Source of the DNA: Balanoglossus misakiensis
Taxonomy: Eukaryota; Animalia; Hemichordata
DNA: 64,000 bases
Direction of reading: 5' to 3'
Assembly (NCBI GenBank): GCA_040954595.2
Contig: CM082576.2
Span: forward strand, 4,624,760-4,688,759
The translations under genes were made by a program, and so were the position numbers. The notes under the pieces were generated by a model. That model was not told where the DNA came from. It saw nothing but the letters and a program-made list of their open reading frames with translations, and made no database searches. Positions 12,772-24,900 of this stretch are shown in pieces; position 1 is the stretch's first letter; each line of letters opens with the position of its first letter.

Positions 12772-12844
12772 AGTCTAGAATCGGGCCTCTCGCTCTCCAC
12801 TACATGCAGGTAGTAGAGGAAACCAGAAGCCTAGATTCTAGACT
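12772..12844. repeat. ~73-bp imperfect palindrome (hairpin/MITE-like element)
   Basis: Arms AGTCTAGAATC / GATTCTAGACT form a perfect 11-bp inverted repeat. Inner arms also pair (ctccactac / gtagtagag). Confidence 0.6.
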
Positions 12845-15800
12845 ACGATGGTGTATGCGCCTGCTGCCCGAAGGCTGGACAGTTTAACCCGCCACTTCTA
12901 CCATTTTCTCGTGCACTGATTCATTCAAACAAACTTCCCGTATGTATCTGTTTGTTCACTAATAACTTGGGGTCGGGCTGAATACGATGTCTACAGATTT
13001 AGATGAAATGCAATAGCGCAGTACCAAAATAGCATGTGCTATAACTATATAAACCAGTTTCATATGTTTTTCCATGCTGCCGACGAACTCACACGGCGTT
13101 TGGGGCCATTTCGATAATTCAAAATGGCAGATGGAAATTTGTTATGCACGGAATGGTCGTTCTGTGGTTTGAATGACGTCACTCATCTGTGGTTGACTGC
13201 GAGGAGAAGCTTGGTTTTATATGTGGTTTAATGAACGGAATTCAAGCTCGCCGTTTGCAAATGAACAGTTCTGTCATAAAATAGTTGGACGATTATTATA
13301 ATATTTTAGGAAATTTTCACAATAGAAATATTCGGCAGGAACAATTTTGCATTTTGTCGACATATAATACTAGCTGGCGTTTTCATACACCAACCATCAA
13401 TTTATACAGTGGTAATGGAATGAAGTCCTCATATTCTGTTGATATTCCGACTGATATCTTTCAGACGTTATTGATAAGTGATAACCCACAACATGTTCGA
13501 ATTTCGATTATAATTGTGCTGTACTTTCTATAGTTAGTAGGGTTTGTGGTTTGTGGGCACGTAGACACATTCGTGGCACTGGGTGGAAGACTAGTGTCAG
13601 TTTGCAATCTGCGTCGTCAGGACAACCAGGGAGACAGCTCATGTAGCTGGGACGTTTTTTACATAAAAAACCTGGAAAAAGCCTGGTTGACTCTTTTGGG
13701 ATTGGCCCTTATCGGGGAAAAATTGAGAAGCCAACCGAGAAAAGCGAATAGTTATTTTAAGTACAAGCTAGGCCATTTTAAGAGGTGACGATTGAATAAG
13801 CCCTGTCTGAAATCAAACACAACTTGGGTTGGCTACCCGTAATCAAGATCACGTACTGCCGACACAGAGAAAACTAAGCATCGCTCGAGGAGAAACCAAT
13901 TTAGCATCGTCCATCGGCGGGCATGGCGTCACCAGTTTCCCCTTCTTGAAAAGCTACAATGTTATCTTAGGAATGAGTGATTATCGTTATCTGTATCACC
14001 TCCGAGGCTGTAACGTTATAACTTGGATTTTAATCGATGTTACTGAAAATAAACCACTGATGATAAAGGTTTTACACATTCGTTTTCAATTTTATGCCTT
14101 TTTTCGAGTTCCGCTGATCATTATTTGTGCAGTGGTCTCATTGCATTCAACGTAACAGGGAAACAGAAGCCAAAAGCATTCACAATAATGAACAAATTAA
14201 ACGACTTGCAAGCGAATCATCTGAGATAATTCCTATCGCGCATTAGAGATTTTCCTTAATTCCTTCTGTCACACGAGAGAAGTCATGGGGCTAAATGGTC
14301 TCAAAGACTTAAAGCAGTATACAAGAAATCCGTCGCCGCGTTTTGCAAAACATTTGACGATAAAAAAACGGGTTGACTGAAGAAAGAGATTGGCAGCCAT
14401 CTTGCATTTGAAATAGTGTACAAATTTGAAAATATAATATTCACACAAACATGTTATTTCCAAAATCAAATTTCGTGGATTAGTGTAATAATTCGCTTTA
14501 ACACGTTCTGATTACAAGGCATTATCCTTAAATCTCTTGGAAATCTCTTGAATTTGAATAAGAATGTCTCTTGTCATGTCTCGTTAACACACAAATATGG
14601 CCGCGCTTTGTGGCGAGTATCATGGTGCAAATTTGCCAATCGTACAATAAATCCCAATTTTTACCGTTCAAATCAAAACGATTGTAGTACATGTAGATAT
14701 ATAATTCAGTAGTTCTCGTAATATTTATTTATTTGGATAATGAAATTGTAGGGTTTCCAGTCTAAATCATGGCAAATCTGACGATAAGCGGGATGAAATA
14801 TTTTTCCAGTTCTCTTCGTGCATAGCATGACATGTTGTGCCGATGTGTGTTCATCGTTCAATAACAAACAGGGGAATCTGTCCGTTGCCTGCTCCGTCGG
14901 TTTCTTCATCGCGTTGTTGTCTCACTGTCATTTGGCTGTCGAAGTTGGCCCATGGACGTATACGAGAGTATGTCCATGACTGGGTCGGAGGGCAAGTGCA
15001 CGAAGTTGAAGGTGATCGAAATAAAAGAGGCCGAGGTGGTATATCAAACGAGATGAAGCTTATCACCATTGCACCAAACCGAATTTGTGAAAATTCATGG
15101 ACCGTTCAGCAGTAATATATACGAATTCTAGCTTGGCTGTTAACCATTTATGCAAATCGACGAAATAATCCCGAGTTGATAATATGATCCGTAATGGGAC
15201 CCTTGGGGTCGGCCTTTAATTGGTGAGCGACGGAACTTTGTGTATTCTAAGCCACCATTATCACCATGTTATCAAACAGTTCGACTGAAATAATTAGTCA
15301 GTGTGACCCGAAGCTAAGGACATCAACAGAAAATCTTGAGAAGGACTTCGGATGTTACTCCCTTCCCTGTCAATATTCCGTCGTTCAAAATAAGCAGGCA
15401 CATTCCATATTAAGACATGTCAATTATGAAAGAGATGAAAAAATTTACCGGAGGGGGGCACGACATTGCGTTTCAACATTCCGCATAAACAGATCGGCCT
15501 ATTTATACACCACAAAATCATGTTATCTCTCCCACGGTGACCTAGGCCTATATTGTTTTTCTGAGCTACTTCCACGCACGGTACATAATCAAGTATCTGG
15601 TGTTGAGGGTCAGTGACATGGACTGCCGACCATACCGGCCGGATGTGGCGTCACAGCCGACCAGCTATGATGCTTGACTGGAGGAATGCAGGGCCATCGT
15701 GTCAGGGGGGCGCCTCCACGCCTTGCTAATTTGAGAGCCGCCTGCTGATTGGCCAACCGCCCCTTTGTGGGCCAGTCAGTTGGACGTAAATGGGATGACT

Positions 15801-15968
15801 TGTCAATAAAGAAACCCTTGACGGTTCTAAAAATAACCTCTCAATTTCGTTTATGTGCAGTTTTACATTCAGACTACTGGCGGTTCTCTGCTAACCGTAC
15901 ACTCTCTTTCTCGTGTTCCTTCGTATGGCGAAATTCTGGTAGTCAAGAAAAAAAGTGACGCGTCCACA

Positions 15969-18900
15969 ATGTTGCAGTCAGTAGCGTTGGGCTTCTTCCA
16001 TCTGTACGAGCTGTTTTTGGCCTCGGCCATAACCACACAAATCATTGTGTCAGCAGCCGTCGTGGCTTTGTCGTCTGCTGTGGTGTACTACTGTCAGAAC
16101 CGTGCGTATGCAAACTATATCCCCCTCGGGTTACTGTTCGGTGGATGGAGGGCCGGAGAGCGGGTACCCGCCGACGATCAAAACAGAGGGGCGGTACGTG
16201 ATGGTGGGACATGGGCCGAGACAGGTGGTGGCGGTGATGACGGCGGTGGCGGCGGAGAGAGACTGGGGAGAGAGGAACCCGCGAGAGCCACAAGATCTGC
16301 GCTGGCCTCTTCGCTCGACCGTGACGTTACCCGCAGTCAAACCAGCCGCGAAAATCTCCCGGTGGCGAGCCAAGGCAGAGACAACAAGCAGCCGCAGCCA
16401 TCCAAACACGGACGGGTACAAGAGTCTTCGGACATTGTCAGGAAGAGAGCCGAGTTCTTTGGAGGCCGAGCAAAGGCCGAGCAAAACACTCCTGCAGGCC
16501 AACGAGAGACCTTGGCCAGAGAAGAATCTATTGTGCGGGAGGAATGCCCACAACACAAGGCGCCACTGTCAGGGATCGGCGACAGCAGAGTTGTGCAGAA
16601 GGGAACGCCAAGCGAGAGGAAAGTGTTGCAAGCACACTTGAAAGGGAAAGCGTCAGAAAGCGAAGAACAGGGATACAGCTCATATCAGTATGAGACGCCC
16701 GCCGAAGGAACCACCGCTTCAGGTGGGAACGGTGAAACCAGCAACAAGGCGCCGCCACGTCCCTCTTGCATTTCGGGCAAAAGAGAACGACCAGGAACCG
16801 CAACTATTAAGCCCAAGCCAAAGCAGCAATCTTACTTAGACGTGAATGAAAAAGTGAAAAGCCTGCATCGTACAACCGGGAGAATATCCGTCAGATCGTC
16901 GGCGACGACGCACTCCCATTTCTTCCTGCCGACGGAAAATGTCGACCCCAGTGGGAAACCTATGATGCAATTTGCATTTGGCGGCACCAAAGTCGAACAC
17001 AGACTGAAAACAGCCAAGTCCGCATCTGCTGACTCTGTCACAAAACCCGAACCCAGTCATGTCGAAAAGTTGACTGCAGGCTCAGGTCAGCTGAGGCCAT
17101 CCACGGAGACTACACAGAAAGAGACGGGATTAGGTACCACAACGGGATCTGCCTGCTCACCAGGTATTGTTCTTTTATTTCCTTTTCCCCCTTCTGTTAC
17201 ACGTCAGATAAATGCACCAGGTGCTGTACTGGTATGCAGGTAGAGCTATAAAAGTACACCAGACTGACCTTTAAACGCCAACGTCATAATAGGGGTTAAA
17301 TGAGACACAAATTCCGGACATTATGCCGCTAAGCCGTGTTCCGAATGCCGTGCGACAGAAATATCGCCTGGTGCTGTGGCACCTTTGACCAAGTTTACGG
17401 TATTATCGAAACAATGCATTTTCACATAACCTGGCAAACCCGCACGTACATCAGTGTAATATGTAAACCCCAGACAATGAGAAATACGATTGTCTCTGTT
17501 AAACGATGAAGCTGTGCAGATACCAGTTTGGTGTTAATATTTTCATCCGGGGCCGTAGATTCCCAGGTTTCGCCGTGTGCTATTATTGCATGTTCGCCTT
17601 GGGGCAGGCTGCAGTTTCCAAATGCCACATATGACGCAGATTAACATGTTGTTTGTCAGAATTAGCGAGAAGACGGTAAATGTTCAAGGCCGGTTGCTTC
17701 TCGTTGCTCCTGTCATGTACGGGCAGGCAGCGTGGGCCGCACATCCCGTTTTAAATCTTTGCATCAAATATATCGCTTTCCCAACATCAATCATGTGGAA
17801 TAGAAGGAGCCGTCTGAAGGACACGTCACAAGCAGTGGACTGTGGTCACCAAGATGGTGCCAAACTATAGACGTTACCACGGCAACCGAGACGTCCATGT
17901 TATTCTGAGCGCGGTGGCACTCGGTATTGGACATGGCGTATCTTGTGTGTTCTACGAAACTGAAGTATTTCATGAGAAGAAAACAAACACTCGAAATTTA
18001 TGTAGATCTATTGACTCGAGTCGCAAAGTTAAAATGGTGAAGTCAGAACTATTTTTGCTCATATCTCCGCAATATCGTGTTTTGTTTTGTCAGAAGTCTT
18101 ACTTTGCTGCGTCAGACTCATGATTGCAAAATCTTTGAAGACGCAACAGTTTTTGAGAATACCCGATATTTCATAAGTTGCGTTCAGCCCATCTAAATCT
18201 CGTTCTCGAATTTATTAAACGTAAATCAGGGCCTATGATAGACTGTTCTCGGTTCTAATGGAAATACCAGACCGACAGTGCGATTAGTGTACTGATGAAA
18301 TATTCCTCCGATGTCGACTGGTGCCTGTTTACTGAATGGACGGTCGTCCCGTTTTAGCAGAAGTCCGAGCGCAGGCGTCTATTTTTAGCATCAAATAGTA
18401 AATGGGCAGAAACTGGAGCCATCAGTATTTCGAAAAACCTTCAAACTGCACCAAAAACCTTGTAGCGCACTTTCCAGTTGTTTTTTATTCCCCCAGTACC
18501 GCGTCTTTCGCAGACGGTGCCCATTAAATCCACACCCCACCCCTATGACTTTCGAATTGCCGCTGAAATAAAAATGTCGTTAACTTCTGAGGGTCGTCTG
18601 AGATTTGTAAAGGTGAAATCGAAAGTTGTGGTGTCAATACGCCTTACATATACAGTGAATATAAAGATACAGTCTCAAATAAAATTTCCAAGACAAAATA
18701 AATTAAATGCGAAACCTTGTTGAAGCAAAAAAGAGAGAGAATTGCCGAACACTTTTCAAATTTGTTTTGGCATCAAGCGTTCGCAATACGCATACGCGAG
18801 GGCTGTCTTTCCAAGCGTCCAAAGATGCAGATGACCCACAAGGATTATACCCTTTTGCGGCCTCCTACGTGCGTCACAGACCGCAGTGGGATAGTGGTAC

Positions 18901-21900
18901 TACGAATACTTCTCCATATAATTTTAAATATCACGATGACATCTTCTGATGTTTTGGTATTTTCATTCTGCCTTCTCGCGTCTTGTTGATCTGCAGCGCG
19001 GGTCTCCGGTTTCGCCGCGGATCATCTTCTTTACGGACACCGCGCGATGGCAGAGTTCCCGCGGCGTTCTGACGCAAGGCGTTCGCGCCACCCCGCTCTT
19101 CGCTCCAGATTTGTTATCAAAGGCGCTGATATGTCGAACCATACCAAGTTTGGTTCAATTCCACCAGTTGACCAAAAAAAAAAAAATAGGCCGGGCGGAA
19201 TATTCCGTGGTCAGGATCAACAGTAAAAATAGTTCAATGGCTCTTGTGTCCTGAAACCACATTCCTGGTCCAGCAAAATGATGCTACATACACCTCATAC
19301 CGCCTAACATTAAGATAAATCTCTACTTAAATAGTGGGCCAGACATCTTATCAGATTCCTTCCCAGATAATTTCACATGTCACATACTTTTTTCTTATTT
19401 ACCGGCAATTGCTGATTGTACATACACGTAATTATCTTTAGTCTGTCTTCAAAGTCCGCAAATCAGGCATGCATGGTATCAGAAGTTTATACACTCTCTC
19501 CTCCAGGGCAACTGCGATTTCAAGTCCTCCATGAATGTTTTCTCAATTTTCTAAAATTTTGTGTTTGCTCTCCCGTGATTATGACCATAAAACAAACACT
19601 GAAATGAACGTCTAGCTGCTGAGTTTTCTCGAGGAGGCCGCTCCTCCACTTTCCAGATTGGACAAATATGCCTGCGCATTCGTGATCTTCGGGTCATTTG
19701 CGTAATAGCCGCGCAACTGACGTCTTCCACTGACATTATACGTGTGCCTTCAGAGTTGTTTAAGACACACGAGACGCGAAATTACACGGACTTTGAAATC
19801 CCTGATCTGTCCAAAACAACAAGTAAAATAGCCGTGCAAACAGGACGCTCATCTCATTATGGTTTAAACTAATACTATAGCCGTCGGCTAGGCTTCGAAT
19901 AAGACATCTCCCAAACAAACATTTTATTGGGTTTGTGTATCTCCGCCGCCGTTCTCATTGTTTATCGGTGTCGTTGGTACAGATAAATAGATGCGCACTA
20001 ACATTGCAGGTTTACCAGTCCAGATAATTTTGTTCAGGTAGAGAGATCAGTAGGACAGGGGTCATTTTGACGCGATGAACTGGTTGATTTAAAAGCACAC
20101 CCTCTTTATCAGTTTTTATCATAATCTAATGGATTAACTTGATGAATATTTCACGATGAAAGACAAAGACCTTACATCATATAAACATTCAATGTTTAAA
20201 AATACAAATGTGAGAACCAGGGATTGAAAGTTGCCCCTTTAAGTGAATAGCAGAGTCATTGTGTTTTTCATTAACTGGTGATTATGAAGGTTTGTAGACG
20301 CATTATGTTTGATATAAATAATTTAAACACAAATGTCACTATGTAAACGAGTCTGACGTAAAAAGTTAAAGTAAAACTGTTGATAGGTTTTGCTTGCTTT
20401 CAGTCAAAGAAAGCCTATAGGCCTTAAATTTTCAGCTTTCCAAAGGTTCTACATAAAACCGCGCGCTGCGATATTATCATTTCGCATCGGGCCGTGTAAT
20501 TTTTTAGAACTCTGTATGTCAAATTCCAGGCTGGGTGTCTTGACGTCATTTCCGACTCGTTTGACTGATACTTGGGAGACTTGATGGTTGTCCCACGGCA
20601 AGCTTGCGCCATAATTTCTATGTTACTGAGATAAGGCAGCTGGCCTCCGGTGACCCCTAATCGCAGAGTTCTCCAACAACATGTCAGCGAAGTCAGATAG
20701 GTTTCCAATAATAGAACCGGCTGAGTTATTCCGCTCTGGAGAGAGAGAGAGAAAAAAAAACGGGGTCCATGCATCAACCCAGTAAAGTTCTGAGACACTT
20801 GCAGGAATTTTAATCAAGTACCGAGTCGCAGCGCGTGTTGACTCGTGGGTCAGCCTAGCCCGAGTAAATAATTGCGCGGATAAATGCGTTGGGCCTGCTG
20901 AATGCCATTTGGATTAAAACCTGGAAATTCAACTCTACTTCTGCGCCGTAGAAACCGAATTTTCAGTCCGCGTTTTGAAGTTCTCAGACCTCTGTTATAG
21001 TGATGATGTGATCAGAACAGAACAATGTTATTTTTCTTATAGTCGATTAAACATTGCTTTTTTGGCATTAAGTGATACGACATGCTGTGAAATACAAAAA
21101 ATACAAAGTGGCGTGTATTTTGACATCTCGAATGTTTCACTGATGTTTTCGCGCGCAGCCTATGACGCTAGAAAATGTGCCCCTTTACAGCGAAACATAC
21201 GAAATTTATCAATTGTCATTAAATTATCTGCCTCTCTGGCTCGAAGCGGTTATGCTCTGACTTCGTTGCACGGTATGGAATTGCAGGTATTTTAACGGTT
21301 TAATATTACTTGGGTTATATGGCTCACCGAGGCGAGGTCTCTCCCAGGTCTCGTCTCATCCCACTGTCGTCGGACGCAGAGCGCGCTTACGTAATCGTTG
21401 CCGTGGTTACCTTCGGGAGAACGTGAAGTACCCCGGTGTCAATCTAAAACTATTCGCTGTGTTGCAAACAGGGATATTTTCTGTTTCAAGGTACTTAGGC
21501 GCGGCCTGTTTAGGATCACCACTAAGCTCCTAAGCCCCAGCTGGACTTCGGGAGATTTATGGCTTGAGAATGCGTGTCGAAGGCGCGAGTCGTCAACAGC
21601 AAGCATGACTCTGGCACAAAAACTGCATAATCAGTCAAGGTTCTAACCCCCCCCCCCCCGCCCCACCGGCCCGCCTATAATATACATGTGAAATGTTTAC
21701 AGTGTATTACTCGGCACACACCCAGCAATGTCATGGTTCTGGGGGGGGGGGAGTTTGTCGAATCATTCGACTTAGTATAAACGAGCTATTTTATCCTTAG
21801 AAATATTAACTGAAGTGGGTGACAACAAGATAATCGAACTTTCTTCATCTATAAAACTGCCAGCTAGATGAAACAAAGCGACCTTTTTGCGATTTGGTTT

Positions 21901-24900
21901 ACATTGGAATTGGTAATGTTCAGTGTGTCTTTTTATTCTCAACTATTAAATTGAGTCACCGTACTTGCATAACTATACACAAATTTGTCTGATTCACCCT
22001 AGGGCAAACCGACATCAGAAGACGGTCAAGTTCACCGGCTCCAATACCCTGGATCCAAACATTTGACGATGGCACTCGTGACAGGGAAGAGACACGAAGG
22101 CCTCAAGAAGTGTTCAAATTCACCGGAGCCTCGGAAGAGAAACAGAAAGATGACGACGAACAGATATCACTCGAGGCGGCCGGCGGCGGCACTGCCGAGG
22201 CTACGGTCACAGATACCGACGCCGAACCCGGGACATCCAACGGCGCGTGTCTCGATGTGCCGGCTCAGTTGGACGCGGTTACCGCAACGACGCTTCCGAA
22301 ACCACAGGCTACAGATACACTACTACCAGAATCAACCGAAGCGGGCGCCGATGTCAAGCCGACCGACGGCGGAGAGGAAGGGGGCGCCGATTTCGGTAGT
22401 TCCGTGGCCGGCGATCAGCATTCGGAAGAATTGATAAGGCCACCCGTCATTACGGAAAGGGCGCCCCTTTCTCAGCTGACGCTACCGTCGTTAGAAATCA
22501 CAGAAGCCGCGGACGACGAACCGCACGCCGACGAACCATCACCACCTCCGTGCCTGAACGTGGCAAGGAACAAACGCGACAGCCTCGAGGTGCCCATGAT
22601 CACAACGTCTGAACTGGTGATCCCGAAACCCGTGACAACACCACCACAACCAGCAATGACACTACCAACCAGTGAGCCGCTCGAAACACAAGTCGAACAA
22701 ACTACCACACGCGCGCAGGAGAAGTTTGTCGTACCCAAAATTCAGACTTTCGAGGCGCCGCCGTACGAGGTGCCAAGCATCACCTTTGACGACAGTTCGG
22801 ATGACGCCGGTTGCCGAAAAAGCGATCTGGGATCGATGAGCTCCCGGGAGAGCTTAGAAGTACCCTCGGTGGACATCGACACAGAGGCGTATCCGCTGAG
22901 GAGGAAACCACCAGACATAGTTATTCCGAGAGATACAACTGCCAGACACGGCAAGTTCAGTCCGACCGAGACATCACCCAGATATGACCTGGGCCAGGCC
23001 AGTCCCAACAGTCCCACTAAACGAAAATCGATGACGTTTTCTCCTCATATGTCGGAAAACGAGGAAACTGACGAAGAAGACGACCTCTTCATGGAAGAAC
23101 AGACCAAACGAGTGAAGAGGCCGCGCTTGCAGCGTGACTATGGCGTCGACATACCGGACTGGCAGATCACCAACGAGCTGTTTCCGGACGATTTCGGCGG
23201 CATCACACCGGCTGCCGACACCACCGATGACGTCAAGTCCAGGTTCCTCAATTCAACCAACGAGAGCATAATGCTGTTCTTCGAGAAGACGCGAGGCTCC
23301 AACGACAGCGCGGACAGCGAGAAAAGTGACCTGGAACGCAAAATCGAAGCTGCAACCGAAAGGGGGCGGGAAGTGTCCACGGAAGAAGAAACTGAAATTG
23401 AAAAAGATGAAGAGAAGGCGACGAAAGATGATGCTAAGTCGCGCTTCCTGGAATCGCCCCAAAACGAAGAAAAGTCCCTCTTACTGTTGACCACAGCTAT
23501 AACCACGTCAACAGACAGCGGCAGTGGCGAGGCAGTCACCTGTGGGCAGGAGACAGACGATGCCAAGTCCCGCTTCTTGCAACCGTCAGATGCCGCCAAA
23601 TCCAGTCTGCTACTCTCCAAGACCATACGAAGTTCCATCGACGGCAGCGATGAGATGGCGGCTGCCCAGGATTTAGTTGTAAGTGTCCCGTCTGTCCCCA
23701 AGGTGGAAGAGGCCCAAGGCGAGGAGTTGAACCCACAAGAGGAAGATCAGAGGGAGGAGGAGGAGGAGGAGGAGGAGACTTCGGAGGCGATGGCGAGTGC
23801 GAAGTCTCGGTTTTTAGAATCCTGTGTGGAAAGTGAGAACGAAGTCGAAGAAGAGATACAAGTGGCAGTGCCTCCGAAGAATCCAGATACAGGTCGCTGG
23901 GAAACCGGAGGTGAGTATTTCAACGGATAAGAAATTACCATACATGTTTGAATACAGAGGCCGAGAGTACAGGTGCACCCTAGTTTAGATTTGCATAATG
24001 TTTAGTTTCCATGTATAGTGTGGTTACAACACTAACCATCACATCAACCGAAACACTCCGCTCGTTCTTTCTCGAATTTCCCCGAGAGCAGGGAGTCTTA
24101 AATTTCAAATGACTTTTAATCGCTTCCTATGCTCCGACCAACAGCCGCCACTTGGGGAAAACTTCTCGAAAGCGAACTGGAAGATGACTTAGAATTTTAC
24201 GAATCCGACGAAGAACTTGAAAAGGAACCGAGCCCTCGTGATGAGTACATAGAAAAACCTGAAGACCGAGGCGTCGCCGTCGCCGACGATGATGACGACG
24301 ACGACGAAGATGACCTAGAACTGCTCGGCGCCGCTGCCCCGAAACCAAGGCGGAGAGAGACGTCAGCGTACGGAACGGCCTCAGGTAAGATATCCATCCC
24401 CCAGACGAAGAATAACAATACAGCCACGTCACAGTCATTGGTGATTCCGCATTGTCGAGAGACTTAACAATAAACACAGACTGCCAGACATAACAGGCCA
24501 AGCCAGTTACAGTTTAGAAACAGTTTTTTTGGTCGGCGGTGTAATTGATTAGCGTACGTGCTTCGGGAATTATGTTACAAAGCAGAGTACAGCGAGCTCA
24601 ATTAAAATCGCCGAAGTGTTAGCGTATACGTCATTGGCGTGGAACATGAAACATTGCCGTGGTGTGCTTGGGTACTTCCATCTTTAGCTTTACAGATCAT
24701 CAAAGCCAAAGCACGCCTTCCTCGAGAAAGGGGGGACCCAGTATACCATTTTATTAATGCCATAGCTAAAGAACACCAGTTATGAGATAATATTTCACAT
24801 GAAACTGTGCATCACGTGTTCCGGCGTAATTCAAGTGGCTACATCCGAATATTTGGAGTCTGCGGCACGTGCGCGCGGTGCTACTCAAGAAAATAATGAC

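Noticed and set aside
15855-15968. GTG-initiated N-terminal extension of the 462-aa ORF
   Set aside because: The ORF caller used a bacterial-style start. The first in-frame ATG is at 15969, and the ORF tail after 17163 is intron read-through.
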